Below are positions 1 to 9,222 of a DNA stretch of 64,000 nucleotides, piece after piece. A model generated the notes under the pieces. It saw nothing but the letters and a program-made list of their open reading frames with translations, searched no databases and was not told the origin of the DNA. The translations under genes were made by a program, and so were the position numbers. How positions within the stretch are numbered: the first letter of the stretch is position 1; every line of letters begins with the position of its first letter. The DNA comes from Candidatus Polarisedimenticolia bacterium (GTDB lineage Bacteria > Acidobacteriota > Polarisedimenticolia > JACPZX01 > DASXTC01). The stretch lies in contig JBOGOC010000097.1 in assembly GCA_050747525.1 (NCBI GenBank), positions 74,209-138,208 on the forward strand. Reading direction: 5' to 3'.

Positions 1-959
1 AGCTCCCCGGACTCCTCGAGATCGGTCAGGATGCGGCCCAACCCTTCGTCGACTGACAGGATCATCTCCGCCCTGTCCCGTATGCTCTGTTCGCTGGTCC
101 CCGGATCGAGCATGTCGCCGAACTCGCGAACGCTTGCGTCCGAGCCCTTCCGCTCGAGGAACCGCCGGACCATCTCGCTGCCGAGCGTCCCTGCCGCAGG
201 GCTCTTCGCGATCTTCGACCGTGGGAAGACCTCTTTCTGGTATCGCCCCTGGTGCCGTTGGGCGGCGATGTAGCGGGTTCCGTAGGAGGTGTCGAGAGAG
301 CCGTCGTTTCTTTGAATCGCGTCGGGGTGCACCGCCTTGTGTGCGAGATAAAGGAGGTACGGACGCGCCGCGCGGCGCTGCCCGCGAATGAAACGGAGCG
401 CTCGATCGGTCAGGAGATCGGTCACGTAGCCCGGGACCTTCTGGAGCTTCCCGTCCTGGTACAGCTCGGGATCGACGGTCTTTCCCTGACCGGGGAAGCT
501 GACCCAGTAGTCGAATCCCGGCCTCGGCGACGGGTCGTTCCCCATGTGCCACTTGCCGACGAGCCCCGTGGCGTAGCCCGATCGCTGCAGCTCCTGAGGG
601 AAGGTCGGCAGGAGGCGACTCAGGAGGCTGCGGTCGGCGTTGTTGTAGATGCCGTGGCGGGCGGTGTACTGGCCGGTGAGGATGCAGGCCCTGTTGGGGG
701 AGCAGAGCGGCGTCGCGTGGATCGCCTGCGAGAACGAAGCTCCTTCGCGCGCGAGGCGGTCGATGTTCGGCGTCTTGAGGTAGGGATGGCCACCGGCTCC
801 GAACTCGTCCCGTCGAAGGTCGTCGACGACGACGACCAGGATGTTCGGGCGATGATCGAGTCGGGCGGCGCGAATGAACGAGCCCCCCGTCCCGAGCGCA
901 GCCCCGACGATTGCGCCGCCCAGGAGCTTGAGTGAGGATCGCCGGTTGATGGTCATCAT
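1..959 (-). CDS. sulfatase (arylsulfatase family), partial; C-terminus lies beyond the window start
   Basis: Minus-strand translation from ATG at 959 reads MMTINRRSSLKLLGGAIVGAALG (Tat/Sec-like signal) ... HRPNILVVVVDDLRRDEFGAGGHPYLKTPNIDRLAREGASFSQAIHATPLCSPNRACILTGQYTA. It contains the sulfatase CxPxR signature (CSPNR). The ORF stays open to position 1. The track's plus ORF 252..935 is its antisense shadow. Confidence 0.7.
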   Translation of the reverse strand, partial: MMTINRRSSLKLLGGAIVGAALGTGGSFIRAARLDHRPNILVVVVDDLRRDEFGAGGHPYLKTPNIDRLAREGASFSQAIHATPLCSPNRACILTGQYTARHGIYNNADRSLLSRLLPTFPQELQRSGYATGLVGKWHMGNDPSPRPGFDYWVSFPGQGKTVDPELYQDGKLQKVPGYVTDLLTDRALRFIRGQRRAARPYLLYLAHKAVHPDAIQRNDGSLDTSYGTRYIAAQRHQGRYQKEVFPRSKIAKSPAAGTLGSEMVRRFLERKGSDASVREFGDMLDPGTSEQSIRDRAEMILSVDEGLGRILTDLEESGE

Positions 960-1067
960 CAATTGGCCCGGCGAACACTCTACTGGATGACACGTTCGCT
1001 TGACCAGAGAGAGTACCCTCCGGTGTTCGGCTCGTGAACCACGAAGCGCGCCGGGAAAGGACCCGCT

Positions 1068-2330
1068 TTGGCTCTGAACCCATGGAAAGGGCTCGAGGGT
1101 CTGCCGCGCGACCTGTGGCTGATCTGCGGGGCGGTGCTGATCAACCGCACCGGCACCATGGCGCTTCCTTTCCTGGTGCTCTACCTGACAGGCAGCGAGG
1201 GCTTCAGTGTTGGTGAGGCTGGATTCACGGTGACGCTGTATGGTCTCGGGTCGCTGGTGACGGCCCCGGTGGCCGGGGCTCTGTGTGACCGGATCGGCTC
1301 ACTCCGCGTCATGCGCGCTTCGTTGCTGCTGTCCGGCGCGCTGATGATCCTCATCCCGATGGTGCACGGCAAGCTGGCGATCATGGCTGCGACCCTGGTT
1401 TTGGCCATGACCGCGGAGGGGGCGCGACCCGCCTCCATGGCGCTTGTGACCGAGGCAGCGCCGGCCGGCCGTCACAAGGCCGCCTTCGCCGTGCACCGGT
1501 TGGCGATCAACCTGGGGATGAGCGTCGGTCCGGCCACGGGCGGGCTGCTGGCCAGCGTGTCCTTCCCGCTCATCTTCTACGTGGACGGGGCCACATCGAT
1601 TGCGGCCGGGCTGGTGCTGACGTCGGTTCGGCTGCCCGCGGTGGAGGCGGCGCGCGCGGCCGCCGTCGCGCGGCAGGCCGAACGACGAGGAAGCCGGCTG
1701 CGCGACGAGCTGCACGCATTCACCGATCGCCGCCTCATGTTCTTTCTGGCGGCGCTGCTGCCGGCGCTCATCGTGTTCTTCCAGCACCAGGCGGCCATGC
1801 CGCTCTATCTGGTCGGCGAGCTGGGCATGAGCGAGGCCACCTACGGCCTGCTGTTCACGGTCAACACCGTGCTGATCATCCTGCTGGAGGTGCCGCTGAA
1901 CCTGGCCATGTCTTCCTGGCCGCACCGGCGCGCGCTGCCTCTGGGGGCCCTCCTGACGGGGGCCGGTTTCGGCGCGATGGGGCTGGTGACCGGCTTCCCC
2001 ATGGTCGCGCTCACCGTGGTCGTCTGGACCTTCGGGGAGATGATCCTGCTGCCCGGCGCGTCGGCATGGGTCGCGGAGAGCGCGCCGGCGCACCGTCTCG
2101 GCGCGTACATGGGGTTATTCGTGATGAGCTTCTCGGTGGCCTTCGCCATCGGCCCGTGGCTAGGGGCCACGGTGTACGACCGCTATGGTGGCGGCGCTCT
2201 CTGGGGCATGGCCTTCCTGTGCGGCTGCCTTTCAGCGGCGCTCATGACGATGATCAGCGAGCCGCCGACGCCGGGAGTGCCACGCCGAGAGCTGGCTGAT
2301 GAGCAGGTCCCCACGAATCTCGCGGACTAA
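1068..2330 (+). CDS. MFS transporter (12-TM major facilitator)
   Basis: 420-aa ORF made of hydrophobic helices with Gly-rich motifs (LYGLGSLVTAPVAGALCDRIGSLR is a D-R-x-G-R-like MFS motif). Divergent from the sulfatase gene. Confidence 0.7.
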   Translation: MALNPWKGLEGLPRDLWLICGAVLINRTGTMALPFLVLYLTGSEGFSVGEAGFTVTLYGLGSLVTAPVAGALCDRIGSLRVMRASLLLSGALMILIPMVHGKLAIMAATLVLAMTAEGARPASMALVTEAAPAGRHKAAFAVHRLAINLGMSVGPATGGLLASVSFPLIFYVDGATSIAAGLVLTSVRLPAVEAARAAAVARQAERRGSRLRDELHAFTDRRLMFFLAALLPALIVFFQHQAAMPLYLVGELGMSEATYGLLFTVNTVLIILLEVPLNLAMSSWPHRRALPLGALLTGAGFGAMGLVTGFPMVALTVVVWTFGEMILLPGASAWVAESAPAHRLGAYMGLFVMSFSVAFAIGPWLGATVYDRYGGGALWGMAFLCGCLSAALMTMISEPPTPGVPRRELADEQVPTNLAD

Positions 2331-2334
2331 CTGT

Positions 2335-2424
2335 GGCTGAGACCAACAGTGCGTCCACTGCCGCGTCGATGACCTGCCCGATCAGCTTGTCGCGGTCGGA
2401 CCAGGGGAAGAGGATCACGAGGTA
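2335..2424 (-). pseudogene. remnant of a TetR-family regulator C-terminus (about 30 codons)
   Basis: Minus-strand frame encodes LYLVILFPWSDRDKLIGQVIDAAVDALL. It matches the C-terminus of the intact TetR at 28148-28753 (ILRPAFPWADRDRLIGLVVDAAVDGLLA). Nucleotide identity is about 85% over roughly 75 nt (gatcagcYtgtcgcggtcggMccaggggaag). No N-terminal HTH part and no start codon are present; it abuts the MFS stop. Confidence 0.35.
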
Positions 2425-2531
2425 GAGGACTGGCTACGGACTCGAATCGCCATGACCCCCATCGTGCCGGCACGCGGTCCGCAATGGCCTCCCTGTGGTC
2501 ACAGAGCCTCCTGCCTGAATCTGGCGCCGCC

Positions 2532-2960
2532 TCAGTGGCCCGGCCGTTGGAGAAACATCCAGCGGTGGCCTTCCAGGTCCTCGACGCGGTACCGGCGTCC
2601 CGGGCCGCCGCCCTCCGGTTCCGACAAGATCGAGGCGCCCGCTTTTCTGGCTCGTTCGCAGTGCGCGTCAACGTCCTCGATGTGAACCAGCACGCCGTCG
2701 ATGACCCAGGGAACGGCAGCCCACCGGCGGGCCGGCTCGCAGCGTTCTCGATGCCGCCTCGGGCTCTCGTAATCCGGCGTTGGCGTCGCAAGCATGATCA
2801 CGCCGTTGCCGACCGCCATCTCACCGTGGCTGAGTCTCCCGTCGGCGTCGAGCATGCGGGCGGTCTCTCGAAACCCGAACGCACGGGCAAGCCATTCGAG
2901 CGCGGCGACACCATTCTCATAGGAGAGCATGGGGACCACGGCAGGACTCACCTCCTTCAT
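2532..2960 (-). CDS. VOC / glyoxalase-bleomycin-resistance family protein (PhnB-like)
   Basis: From the internal Met: MKEVSPAVVPMLSYENGVAALEWLARAFGFRETARMLDADGRLSHGEMAVGNGVIMLATPTPDY...VLVHIEDVDAHCERARKAGASILSEPE. This is the paired beta-alpha-beta-beta-beta VOC pattern. The track's 200-aa ORF carries an implausible Arg-rich N-terminal extension, so the start was trimmed to the Met at 2960. Confidence 0.65.
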   Translation of the reverse strand: MKEVSPAVVPMLSYENGVAALEWLARAFGFRETARMLDADGRLSHGEMAVGNGVIMLATPTPDYESPRRHRERCEPARRWAAVPWVIDGVLVHIEDVDAHCERARKAGASILSEPEGGGPGRRYRVEDLEGHRWMFLQRPGH

Positions 2961-3199
2961 TGCTTCCTCCCCTCGAATTCGAAGGTCATCTGGCTGGCGT
3001 CCGGCAGGGTGATCACCGACCTGGTGGTCATGCGCCAGGGGTCGGGGAAGGTCCAGGTGATCGATTCGGTCATGGGCTTGCCCTGAAGGCCGCCGACGAA
3101 CGGATCGAACACGACTGTCGACTCTCCCTTCCAAAGCCCTTTGTGATCATGAACTTCTCCCATGGAGGTCACGCACACGGCCTCAGTCCATCCATTCAT
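2957..3199 (-). CDS. hypothetical small protein (80 aa)
   Basis: Its stop overlaps the start of the downstream VOC gene by 4 nt (ATGA), which suggests translational coupling. Composition is non-repetitive. No family recognised. Confidence 0.4.
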   Translation of the reverse strand: MNGWTEAVCVTSMGEVHDHKGLWKGESTVVFDPFVGGLQGKPMTESITWTFPDPWRMTTRSVITLPDASQMTFEFEGRKQ

Positions 3200-3414
3200 G
3201 AAGAAAACCCATGAGTCGGTGCCAGGCCATTCTAACCCGGAATCCGGACGCGCCTGCCTGGTTCCAGACGAACCTGTTCCGAGCCCTGTGCGCCGTCGCC
3301 GCCGCGATGGTCAAGTGGTGTCATGAGACGTGGAGTCGCTTTCGTCCCCGTGCACGGCGAGCCTAGGTGGGCGGGCCGCTGTCACCGGCCCGCCGTTTCG
3401 AGCAGGGTGTGTGT

Positions 3415-4578
3415 CTAGCGTTGGACTGCGAGGAAACCGATGCCGTCGGCGGTGTACCCGGCGATCTGGCCTTCGTTGTTGATATCTCCCGCGATGGTGA
3501 GGACCGGTGCGCCTGGTGCCAGGTCATTGAGCTTCTGTACCGGGGCCGTTGGAGTCTGCCAGATCACCGCCCGAAGGCCGACGCCGGCGATCCTCACCAG
3601 TCCTACGACCTGGTTGTTGTCGTTGATGCCCAGCGCCTGGCTGCGAATCGTTCCTGGCAGTTCATCCAGCTTGATGATGCCGCCTTCTTTGGTCCAGACG
3701 AAGGCTCGATAGTTCACGGTGCCTTCCTGATCGAGCGGCAGGGAGAAGCCCACGACGACACCGTCGTTGTTGATGGCCGTCGGTGTGTTCCAGGTATGAC
3801 CACCAAGGTCATCGATCCGCTGGGGCACGCCGTTCTCCCACAGCACCGAGTGCTTGGCACTGACGCCGCCAACGGCAATCCCGCAATCACCGGAAATCCC
3901 GACGACCTGCCCCTTGTCATTGATCGCAACGGCCGCGCTGGTCGTGTCGCCTGGCAACGGTGGCAGCTCCTGCATCTCCCCCTTGGGTCCCCAGATCACG
4001 GCCCGGAACTGCAACGTTTGAAACTCCGGATCGCACGTGGGGTCATGGATGCCATTCTCCGCCCAACCGACAATCTGCCCGCGGGCGTTCACGGCCGTGG
4101 CGTAGCTGTTGTACCCACCGGGAAACGCCGGCAGAGCCGTCATGACGCCCTTCTCCCAACGAAACCCCTTGCAGACCTTCCCGGTCGGCACTCCAGGCGC
4201 GAAGAACGGCCAGCAGGAGAAGGAGTTCTGCAACGGACTCAGGGGGTTGTCCTGCGTCGTGTCGGAGATACCCACGATGACACCATTGTTGCTCTTGACT
4301 GGCCAGGCGACGGCACTGTTGGTCTCCGGCCCGCCAAGGGAACCCAGGTCAATCGGTACCGGGCCACCCATCCACAGCGCAGCACGTGAGACAGCGTCAC
4401 CTTGCCTATTCGCCTGCCCGGTGACCCAGCCACGATCATTGATGCCGTTGGCTCCGGCGGCACCGCCAAGCCCCTGCAGGGTGGTAACCTCGTAGGTCTG
4501 GGCAGCCAGATCTGTCGGCAACGCCAGTGCGGCCAGGACTAGGGCCGCATCAATCCAGCGGGTGTTTCGCGACGTCAT
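3415..4578 (-). CDS. secreted HAF-family extracellular repeat protein
   Basis: Start trimmed to ATG at 4578 (MTSRNTRWIDAALVLAALALPTDLAAQ is a signal peptide). It is followed by about 8 repeats with the IND(R/K/N)GxVVG motif (GINDRGWVTG, AVNARGQIVGW, AINDKGQVVGISGD, AINNDGVVVGFS, GINDNNQVVGLV, DINNEGQIAGYTADG). The longer 644-aa track ORF has a low-complexity N-terminal extension. Confidence 0.6.
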   Translation of the reverse strand: MTSRNTRWIDAALVLAALALPTDLAAQTYEVTTLQGLGGAAGANGINDRGWVTGQANRQGDAVSRAALWMGGPVPIDLGSLGGPETNSAVAWPVKSNNGVIVGISDTTQDNPLSPLQNSFSCWPFFAPGVPTGKVCKGFRWEKGVMTALPAFPGGYNSYATAVNARGQIVGWAENGIHDPTCDPEFQTLQFRAVIWGPKGEMQELPPLPGDTTSAAVAINDKGQVVGISGDCGIAVGGVSAKHSVLWENGVPQRIDDLGGHTWNTPTAINNDGVVVGFSLPLDQEGTVNYRAFVWTKEGGIIKLDELPGTIRSQALGINDNNQVVGLVRIAGVGLRAVIWQTPTAPVQKLNDLAPGAPVLTIAGDINNEGQIAGYTADGIGFLAVQR

Positions 4579-4725
4579 GGTTATCCTCCTGATAGATGAA
4601 GTGGGACGGAATGTCCAACCGCCCACGGATTCACAGAAGCAGTACCTCCAGCAAGAGGTGGGTACTCGCCGGTTTCGGACGCACAACCGGACTTGAGGGA
4701 TTTGATGTCTGAAAAGGGCTGATCG

Positions 4726-6219
4726 ATGCGGCGGAGCGAGCGTATGGTCGATGTGCCCATGAGCACAGGACCCTCTTTCGATACTCGCGCCCTGGATCGC
4801 GCCCGCAACAGCAGGGATCCGAGGTTCGACGGAAAGTTCTTCATTGCGGTCACCTCGACCCGCATCTATTGCCGGCCCATCTGCACGGTCCGGGACGCTA
4901 AGAGAACGAACATCCGCTACTACTTTTCGGCCGCCGCCGCAGCCGCGGCGGGGTATCGACCGTGCCTCCGGTGCAGGCCGGAGGCAGCTCCGGGGACCGC
5001 CGCCTGGCGAGGAACCTCTGCGGTCGTCAGGCGTGGCCTTAGGCTCATCGATGAAGGGATTCTCGATGACAGCTCGGTCGACGACCTCGCCGGCAAGCTC
5101 GGCGTTGGACCGCGCCACCTGGACCGCTTGTTTGTCCAGCACCTGGGCGCGACGCCGATCGTGCTCGCGCAAACCAGAAGGCTGCACTTCGCCAAGCGCC
5201 TCCTCGACGAAACGAATCTGCCCATCGGCGAGATCGCGCTGGCTGCCGGCTTTGGAAGCCTTCGTCGTTTCAACACCGTGTTTCGGAAAACGTACAAGCG
5301 CGCCCCACGTGAGTTGCGACGACGCACGCGCACCGGCGCCGGTCATCATCCTGCCGACACGGTGATCCTGAAACTGGCGTTTCGTCCGCCCTACGAGTTT
5401 GCGCGGGTGCTGGCGTTCCTGCGGGCGCGAGCGATCCCTGGAGTCGAAAGGGTCGATGCCACCGGCTATTCACGCACGGTCCGAGCCGGAAACGGGGAGG
5501 CCATCGTCAGGGTCGGTCTCAGGGATGGCGAGAATGCGCTGGAGCTCCAGGTGACGGGAGCTGTCCCCCGAGACCTGTTTGAACTGTCGTTTGCCGCCCG
5601 CCGTGTGTTCGATGTTTCCGCGGATCCTGCTCAGATTGTAGAAGCGTTCCGATCGGACCAGATCCTTGGCCCGTTGGTTGCGCGCTCTCCCGGGCTGCGT
5701 ATTCCCGGAGCATGGGACCCTTTTGAATGCGCGGTCCGGGCGATCCTCGGGCAGCAAATCAGCGTCACCGGTGCCCGCACGCTGGCAACCAGATTGGTGC
5801 AGCGGTTGGGGACACGCGTCGAGAGTGCTGCTCCGGATCTGACGACCTTATTCCCATCACCTCGAGCGATCGCGGAAGGCGACCTGAGAGGGCTGGGCCT
5901 TACGAATGGGCGCATCGCTTCGATCCAGAGCCTCGCCCAGGCTGTTATCGCGCGCAAGATCGACTTCGCAGCCGCGACGGACGAGATCATCGAAGCCCTG
6001 ACCCATATCTCTGGCGTGGGACAGTGGACGGCGCAGTATGTCGCCTTGCGGGCGCTGGCAGATCCCGACGCCTTTCCAACGTCGGACCTGATCTTGCGGC
6101 GCATGGCCGGGGGCGAAGAGGGAGCGCTTTCCGAGGCCGAGCTGGAATCTCGTGCGAAGGCGTGGCGGCCGTGGAGAGGGTACGCGGCCACGTACCTCTG
6201 GGATGCCGCCGCACGGTGA
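4726..6219 (+). CDS. alkA: bifunctional Ada-like methylphosphotriester methyltransferase / AraC-HTH / DNA-3-methyladenine glycosylase II (AlkA)
   Basis: N-terminal Ada zinc domain (FFIAVTSTRIYCRPICTVR ... CLRCRP). AraC-type HTH (GEIALAAGFGSLRRFNTVFRKTYKRAP). C-terminal HhH-GPD glycosylase (AlkA N-domain followed by ...HISGVGQWTAQYVALRALADPDAFPTSDL). The start could be a downstream Met (4744 or 4759). Confidence 0.8.
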   Translation: MRRSERMVDVPMSTGPSFDTRALDRARNSRDPRFDGKFFIAVTSTRIYCRPICTVRDAKRTNIRYYFSAAAAAAAGYRPCLRCRPEAAPGTAAWRGTSAVVRRGLRLIDEGILDDSSVDDLAGKLGVGPRHLDRLFVQHLGATPIVLAQTRRLHFAKRLLDETNLPIGEIALAAGFGSLRRFNTVFRKTYKRAPRELRRRTRTGAGHHPADTVILKLAFRPPYEFARVLAFLRARAIPGVERVDATGYSRTVRAGNGEAIVRVGLRDGENALELQVTGAVPRDLFELSFAARRVFDVSADPAQIVEAFRSDQILGPLVARSPGLRIPGAWDPFECAVRAILGQQISVTGARTLATRLVQRLGTRVESAAPDLTTLFPSPRAIAEGDLRGLGLTNGRIASIQSLAQAVIARKIDFAAATDEIIEALTHISGVGQWTAQYVALRALADPDAFPTSDLILRRMAGGEEGALSEAELESRAKAWRPWRGYAATYLWDAAAR

Positions 6220-6336
6220 CCTGGACGCCGGTGCCCGCGTCGCACCACAACACCTACCACGGCACCATCCCTGCGGGACTGCTGGCGGGGCGCGGCCTGC
6301 CGTACGACCACAGCTGCTTCGAGAGCGCCGACGAGC

Positions 6337-7755
6337 ATGGCGACTAGCATCATCAACCGCCATCATGTTTCAGCGCTTGCCCTCGTGATCCTGTTCTGCG
6401 TGCCAGTGGGTTGCGGTGGCTCTGCGCCGGGCGATCGGGGCCGCGACGCCGCGGCCACCGGACCCGGGCCGACGGCCCTCGACTCCTCGGCGCTCGCTAT
6501 CAGGGTGCGGGAGGAGTTCGTCCACGCGTGGAACGGCTACAAGACGTACGCCTGGGGGAAGGATGATCTTCTGCCAGTGAGCCGCACGGGCCGCAACTGG
6601 CACGGCCACACGCTGTACATGACGCCGGTCGATGCGCTCGACACCATGATCCTGATGGGTCTCGACGAAGAGGCAGCGACAACCCGCGAGTTCCTAGCCG
6701 GCAATCTCTCCTTCGACCTCGATATCGAGGTGAAGAACTTCGAGATCACCATCCGTATCCTCGGCGGCCTCCTCTCCGCGTACCAGATGAGCCAGGATCG
6801 CCGGCTGCTCGCCCTGGCCGAGGATCTCGGCGATCGGCTGCTCCCCGTCTTCGAATCACCGACCGGCATGCCCTACATGTACGTGAACCTGAAGACCGGA
6901 AGAGTCCGTGAGCCCAGGTCCAATCCGGCGGAGATCGGGACCCTGATTCTCGAGTTCGGGACGCTCTCCCGGCTGACCGGCCGCAGCGTCTTCTTCGACA
7001 AGGCTAAGCGGGCTTTGGTCGCCCTCCACGAGCGCCGCGCACAGACCGATCTGGTGGGGGAGGGGATCGACGTGGAAACCGGCGGATGGGTCAGCACGGA
7101 GAGCCACGTCGGCGGTGGCATCGACTCGTACTACGAGTACCTCCTGAAGTGCGAGCGGCTGTTCGGCGATCCGGAGTGCGGCGCGATGTGGCGAAGGAGC
7201 ATCGCCGCCGCCAATAGCCACCTCGCGGCCGAGGATCCGCAGGGAAGGCTCTGGTATGGCGCATCGGAGATGGCCACAGGCCGCACCATCTCGGCCACCT
7301 ACGGCGCGCTCCATGCCTTCCTCCCGGCGGTCCTCGCCCTGGGAGGCGACCTCGACCGCGCGCGCCGACTCCAGGACTCCGGGTTCAGGATGTGGACTCT
7401 ACACGGCATCGAGCCGGAGGTGATCGACTACCGGAAGATGGAGGTCGTCTCGCCGGGCTACCAGCTGCGCCCCGAGTTCGCTGAGTCCACCTACTACCTC
7501 CACCGGCTCACCGGCGACGCACGCTACCTCGAGATGGGGCGAGTGATCCTGAACGACCTCGTGACGCATTGCCGAGTCGACGCCGGGTACACAGTCCTCG
7601 AGAGTGTGGTGACGAAAGAGAAGGGGGATTACCAGCACAGCTTCTTCCTGGCTGAGACGCTGAAGTACCTCTATCTCCTCTTCGCCCCGGACACCCTCGA
7701 CTTCGAGGGAGTTGTCTTCAACACCGAGGCGCATCCGCTGCGCAGGAGCTGGTAG
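6337..7755 (+). CDS. glycoside hydrolase family 47 (class I alpha-1,2-mannosidase) lipoprotein
   Basis: Lipoprotein signal (LVILFCVPVGCGG). Strong GH47 collinearity: EEFVHAWNGYKTYAWGKDDLLPVS...TPVDALDTMILMGLDEE...FEITIRILGGLLSAYQMS...ESTYYLHRLTGD...FFLAETLKYLYLLFAP. Confidence 0.8.
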   Translation: MATSIINRHHVSALALVILFCVPVGCGGSAPGDRGRDAAATGPGPTALDSSALAIRVREEFVHAWNGYKTYAWGKDDLLPVSRTGRNWHGHTLYMTPVDALDTMILMGLDEEAATTREFLAGNLSFDLDIEVKNFEITIRILGGLLSAYQMSQDRRLLALAEDLGDRLLPVFESPTGMPYMYVNLKTGRVREPRSNPAEIGTLILEFGTLSRLTGRSVFFDKAKRALVALHERRAQTDLVGEGIDVETGGWVSTESHVGGGIDSYYEYLLKCERLFGDPECGAMWRRSIAAANSHLAAEDPQGRLWYGASEMATGRTISATYGALHAFLPAVLALGGDLDRARRLQDSGFRMWTLHGIEPEVIDYRKMEVVSPGYQLRPEFAESTYYLHRLTGDARYLEMGRVILNDLVTHCRVDAGYTVLESVVTKEKGDYQHSFFLAETLKYLYLLFAPDTLDFEGVVFNTEAHPLRRSW

Positions 7756-7814
7756 CGAGACTCGGAGCGTTCCGGCTTCAATGAGCAGCCGCGCCTTCCG
7801 GGCTCGGCTCTGAG

Positions 7815-8981
7815 CTATTCCGTCCAGGTCCCAGCGAAGAAATTCAGGGCCAGTGGCGCGCCGAGTGCCGCGAACAGGAACAGCACGAGGTAATAAAGCC
7901 ACTTGCTCCTGCACAGGTACCCGAGCAGCATGAAGTGTGGGAACAGGGTCATGAGGTATCGCCCGATCGACCCCGTCGGCAGGGCCCCGGATCCCAGCGT
8001 GAGACTGAACGTCGAAAGCAGATAAATGGGCAGGCAGTAGAGCCAGTAGCTCGGCGCCATGAACCGCAGCGACAGGATCAGCAATCCGAGATGCGCGATC
8101 ATCGATGAAAGGTCGAGCAGCAGCAACGGCCGGTAGTAATGCCAGTATGGAATGACGCCGAACGCCTGGTACGAGAAGCTCAGCGCGGTGCCCAGCCCGA
8201 CCACCTGGCGCCCCCAGGCTGCCTGGACCGTGGCAAAGGCCAGGGGATCCTCGGTGGTACGCCAGCAGAACAGCATGAAGAGGCCGAGGGCCGCGGGGGG
8301 AAGCAGTAACCCCAGCGCTTCGAGACGACTCCGCCGCCGGGTATGCCATTCCCACGCGAGAGGCAGCACGATGGCAAGTCCCGCCAGGCGCGTCAACGTC
8401 GCGATCGCGCCCAGGCTCACGGCGATCCACCACCGTCCTGTCCGTGCGTGATAGAGAGTTGCCGCCACGAGGGCCAGGAAGAGCGATTCGGTGTAGCCGG
8501 CCGAGTAGAAATAGGAGAGCGGGAACAGCGCCACGAGCAGGACGGTCCTTTCTGCGGCCTCACGATCGAATTCGAGGGCGCAGATTCTGTACAGGTAGAC
8601 GAGATAGACCAGGAAGGACAGGTTGGCGATCAGGAAGAGCGCGCCGGCAATGTCTCCTCCGAGGCCCCGGCCGACGACGCGGGCCAGCATAGGCAAGACA
8701 GGAAAGAAGGCGAAGGTCGATTGCTCACCGGGACCCTTCCAGCTGTACCCGTTCCGGGCGATCTCCTCGTACCAGCCGGCATCCCATTGCATGAAGCTCG
8801 ATACCAGTCCGGCCTGCGGGACCGGACGGCTCGCCCCGTGCTCGCCGGGTCGCCAGGCCACGAACGCCAGGGCCAATGTGAAGAGCGCGACGCGGGAGGC
8901 CACGCCGATGCTGATTGGTGCGAGCCAGAGGTCCGGCCGGATGGCGCCCCGTATCTTGCGCGCAAGATGCAAAAGCTCCAT
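7815..8981 (-). CDS. GT-C fold integral-membrane glycosyl/mannosyltransferase (PMT/ArnT/DUF2029-like)
   Basis: About 11 predicted TM helices; aromatic-rich periplasmic loop near the N-terminus (SSFMQWDAGWYEEIARNGYSW). Start moved to ATG at 8981 (MELLHLARKIRG...) because it is preceded by the RBS AAGGAAGG. The track's start at 9065 adds 28 residues. Confidence 0.55.
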   Translation of the reverse strand: MELLHLARKIRGAIRPDLWLAPISIGVASRVALFTLALAFVAWRPGEHGASRPVPQAGLVSSFMQWDAGWYEEIARNGYSWKGPGEQSTFAFFPVLPMLARVVGRGLGGDIAGALFLIANLSFLVYLVYLYRICALEFDREAAERTVLLVALFPLSYFYSAGYTESLFLALVAATLYHARTGRWWIAVSLGAIATLTRLAGLAIVLPLAWEWHTRRRSRLEALGLLLPPAALGLFMLFCWRTTEDPLAFATVQAAWGRQVVGLGTALSFSYQAFGVIPYWHYYRPLLLLDLSSMIAHLGLLILSLRFMAPSYWLYCLPIYLLSTFSLTLGSGALPTGSIGRYLMTLFPHFMLLGYLCRSKWLYYLVLFLFAALGAPLALNFFAGTWTE

Positions 8982-9222
8982 CGCCCCATCCTTCCTTAGT
9001 TCTACATTCGCCGATCCAGCAGCGACCGGCCGCAAAATATAGGGTCGGCCTCGTTCGGGGCGCAAGAAGGCGGGGCTGAAGGGCGGGGACGGCGCTCCAT
9101 GACCCAGAGACCGGAGTTGTTCGAGGCCTACCGCCGGTATGCAGGTGGAGATGAGGGACCGTGGCCGTGTCGCCCCACTTCACCTCCTGCCCCTCCTTCG
9201 CGTCGACTTTCGATGCACCCGA

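Noticed and set aside
252-935. 227-aa plus-strand ORF at the window start
   Set aside because: Shadow of the minus-strand sulfatase, which carries the CSPNR signature.
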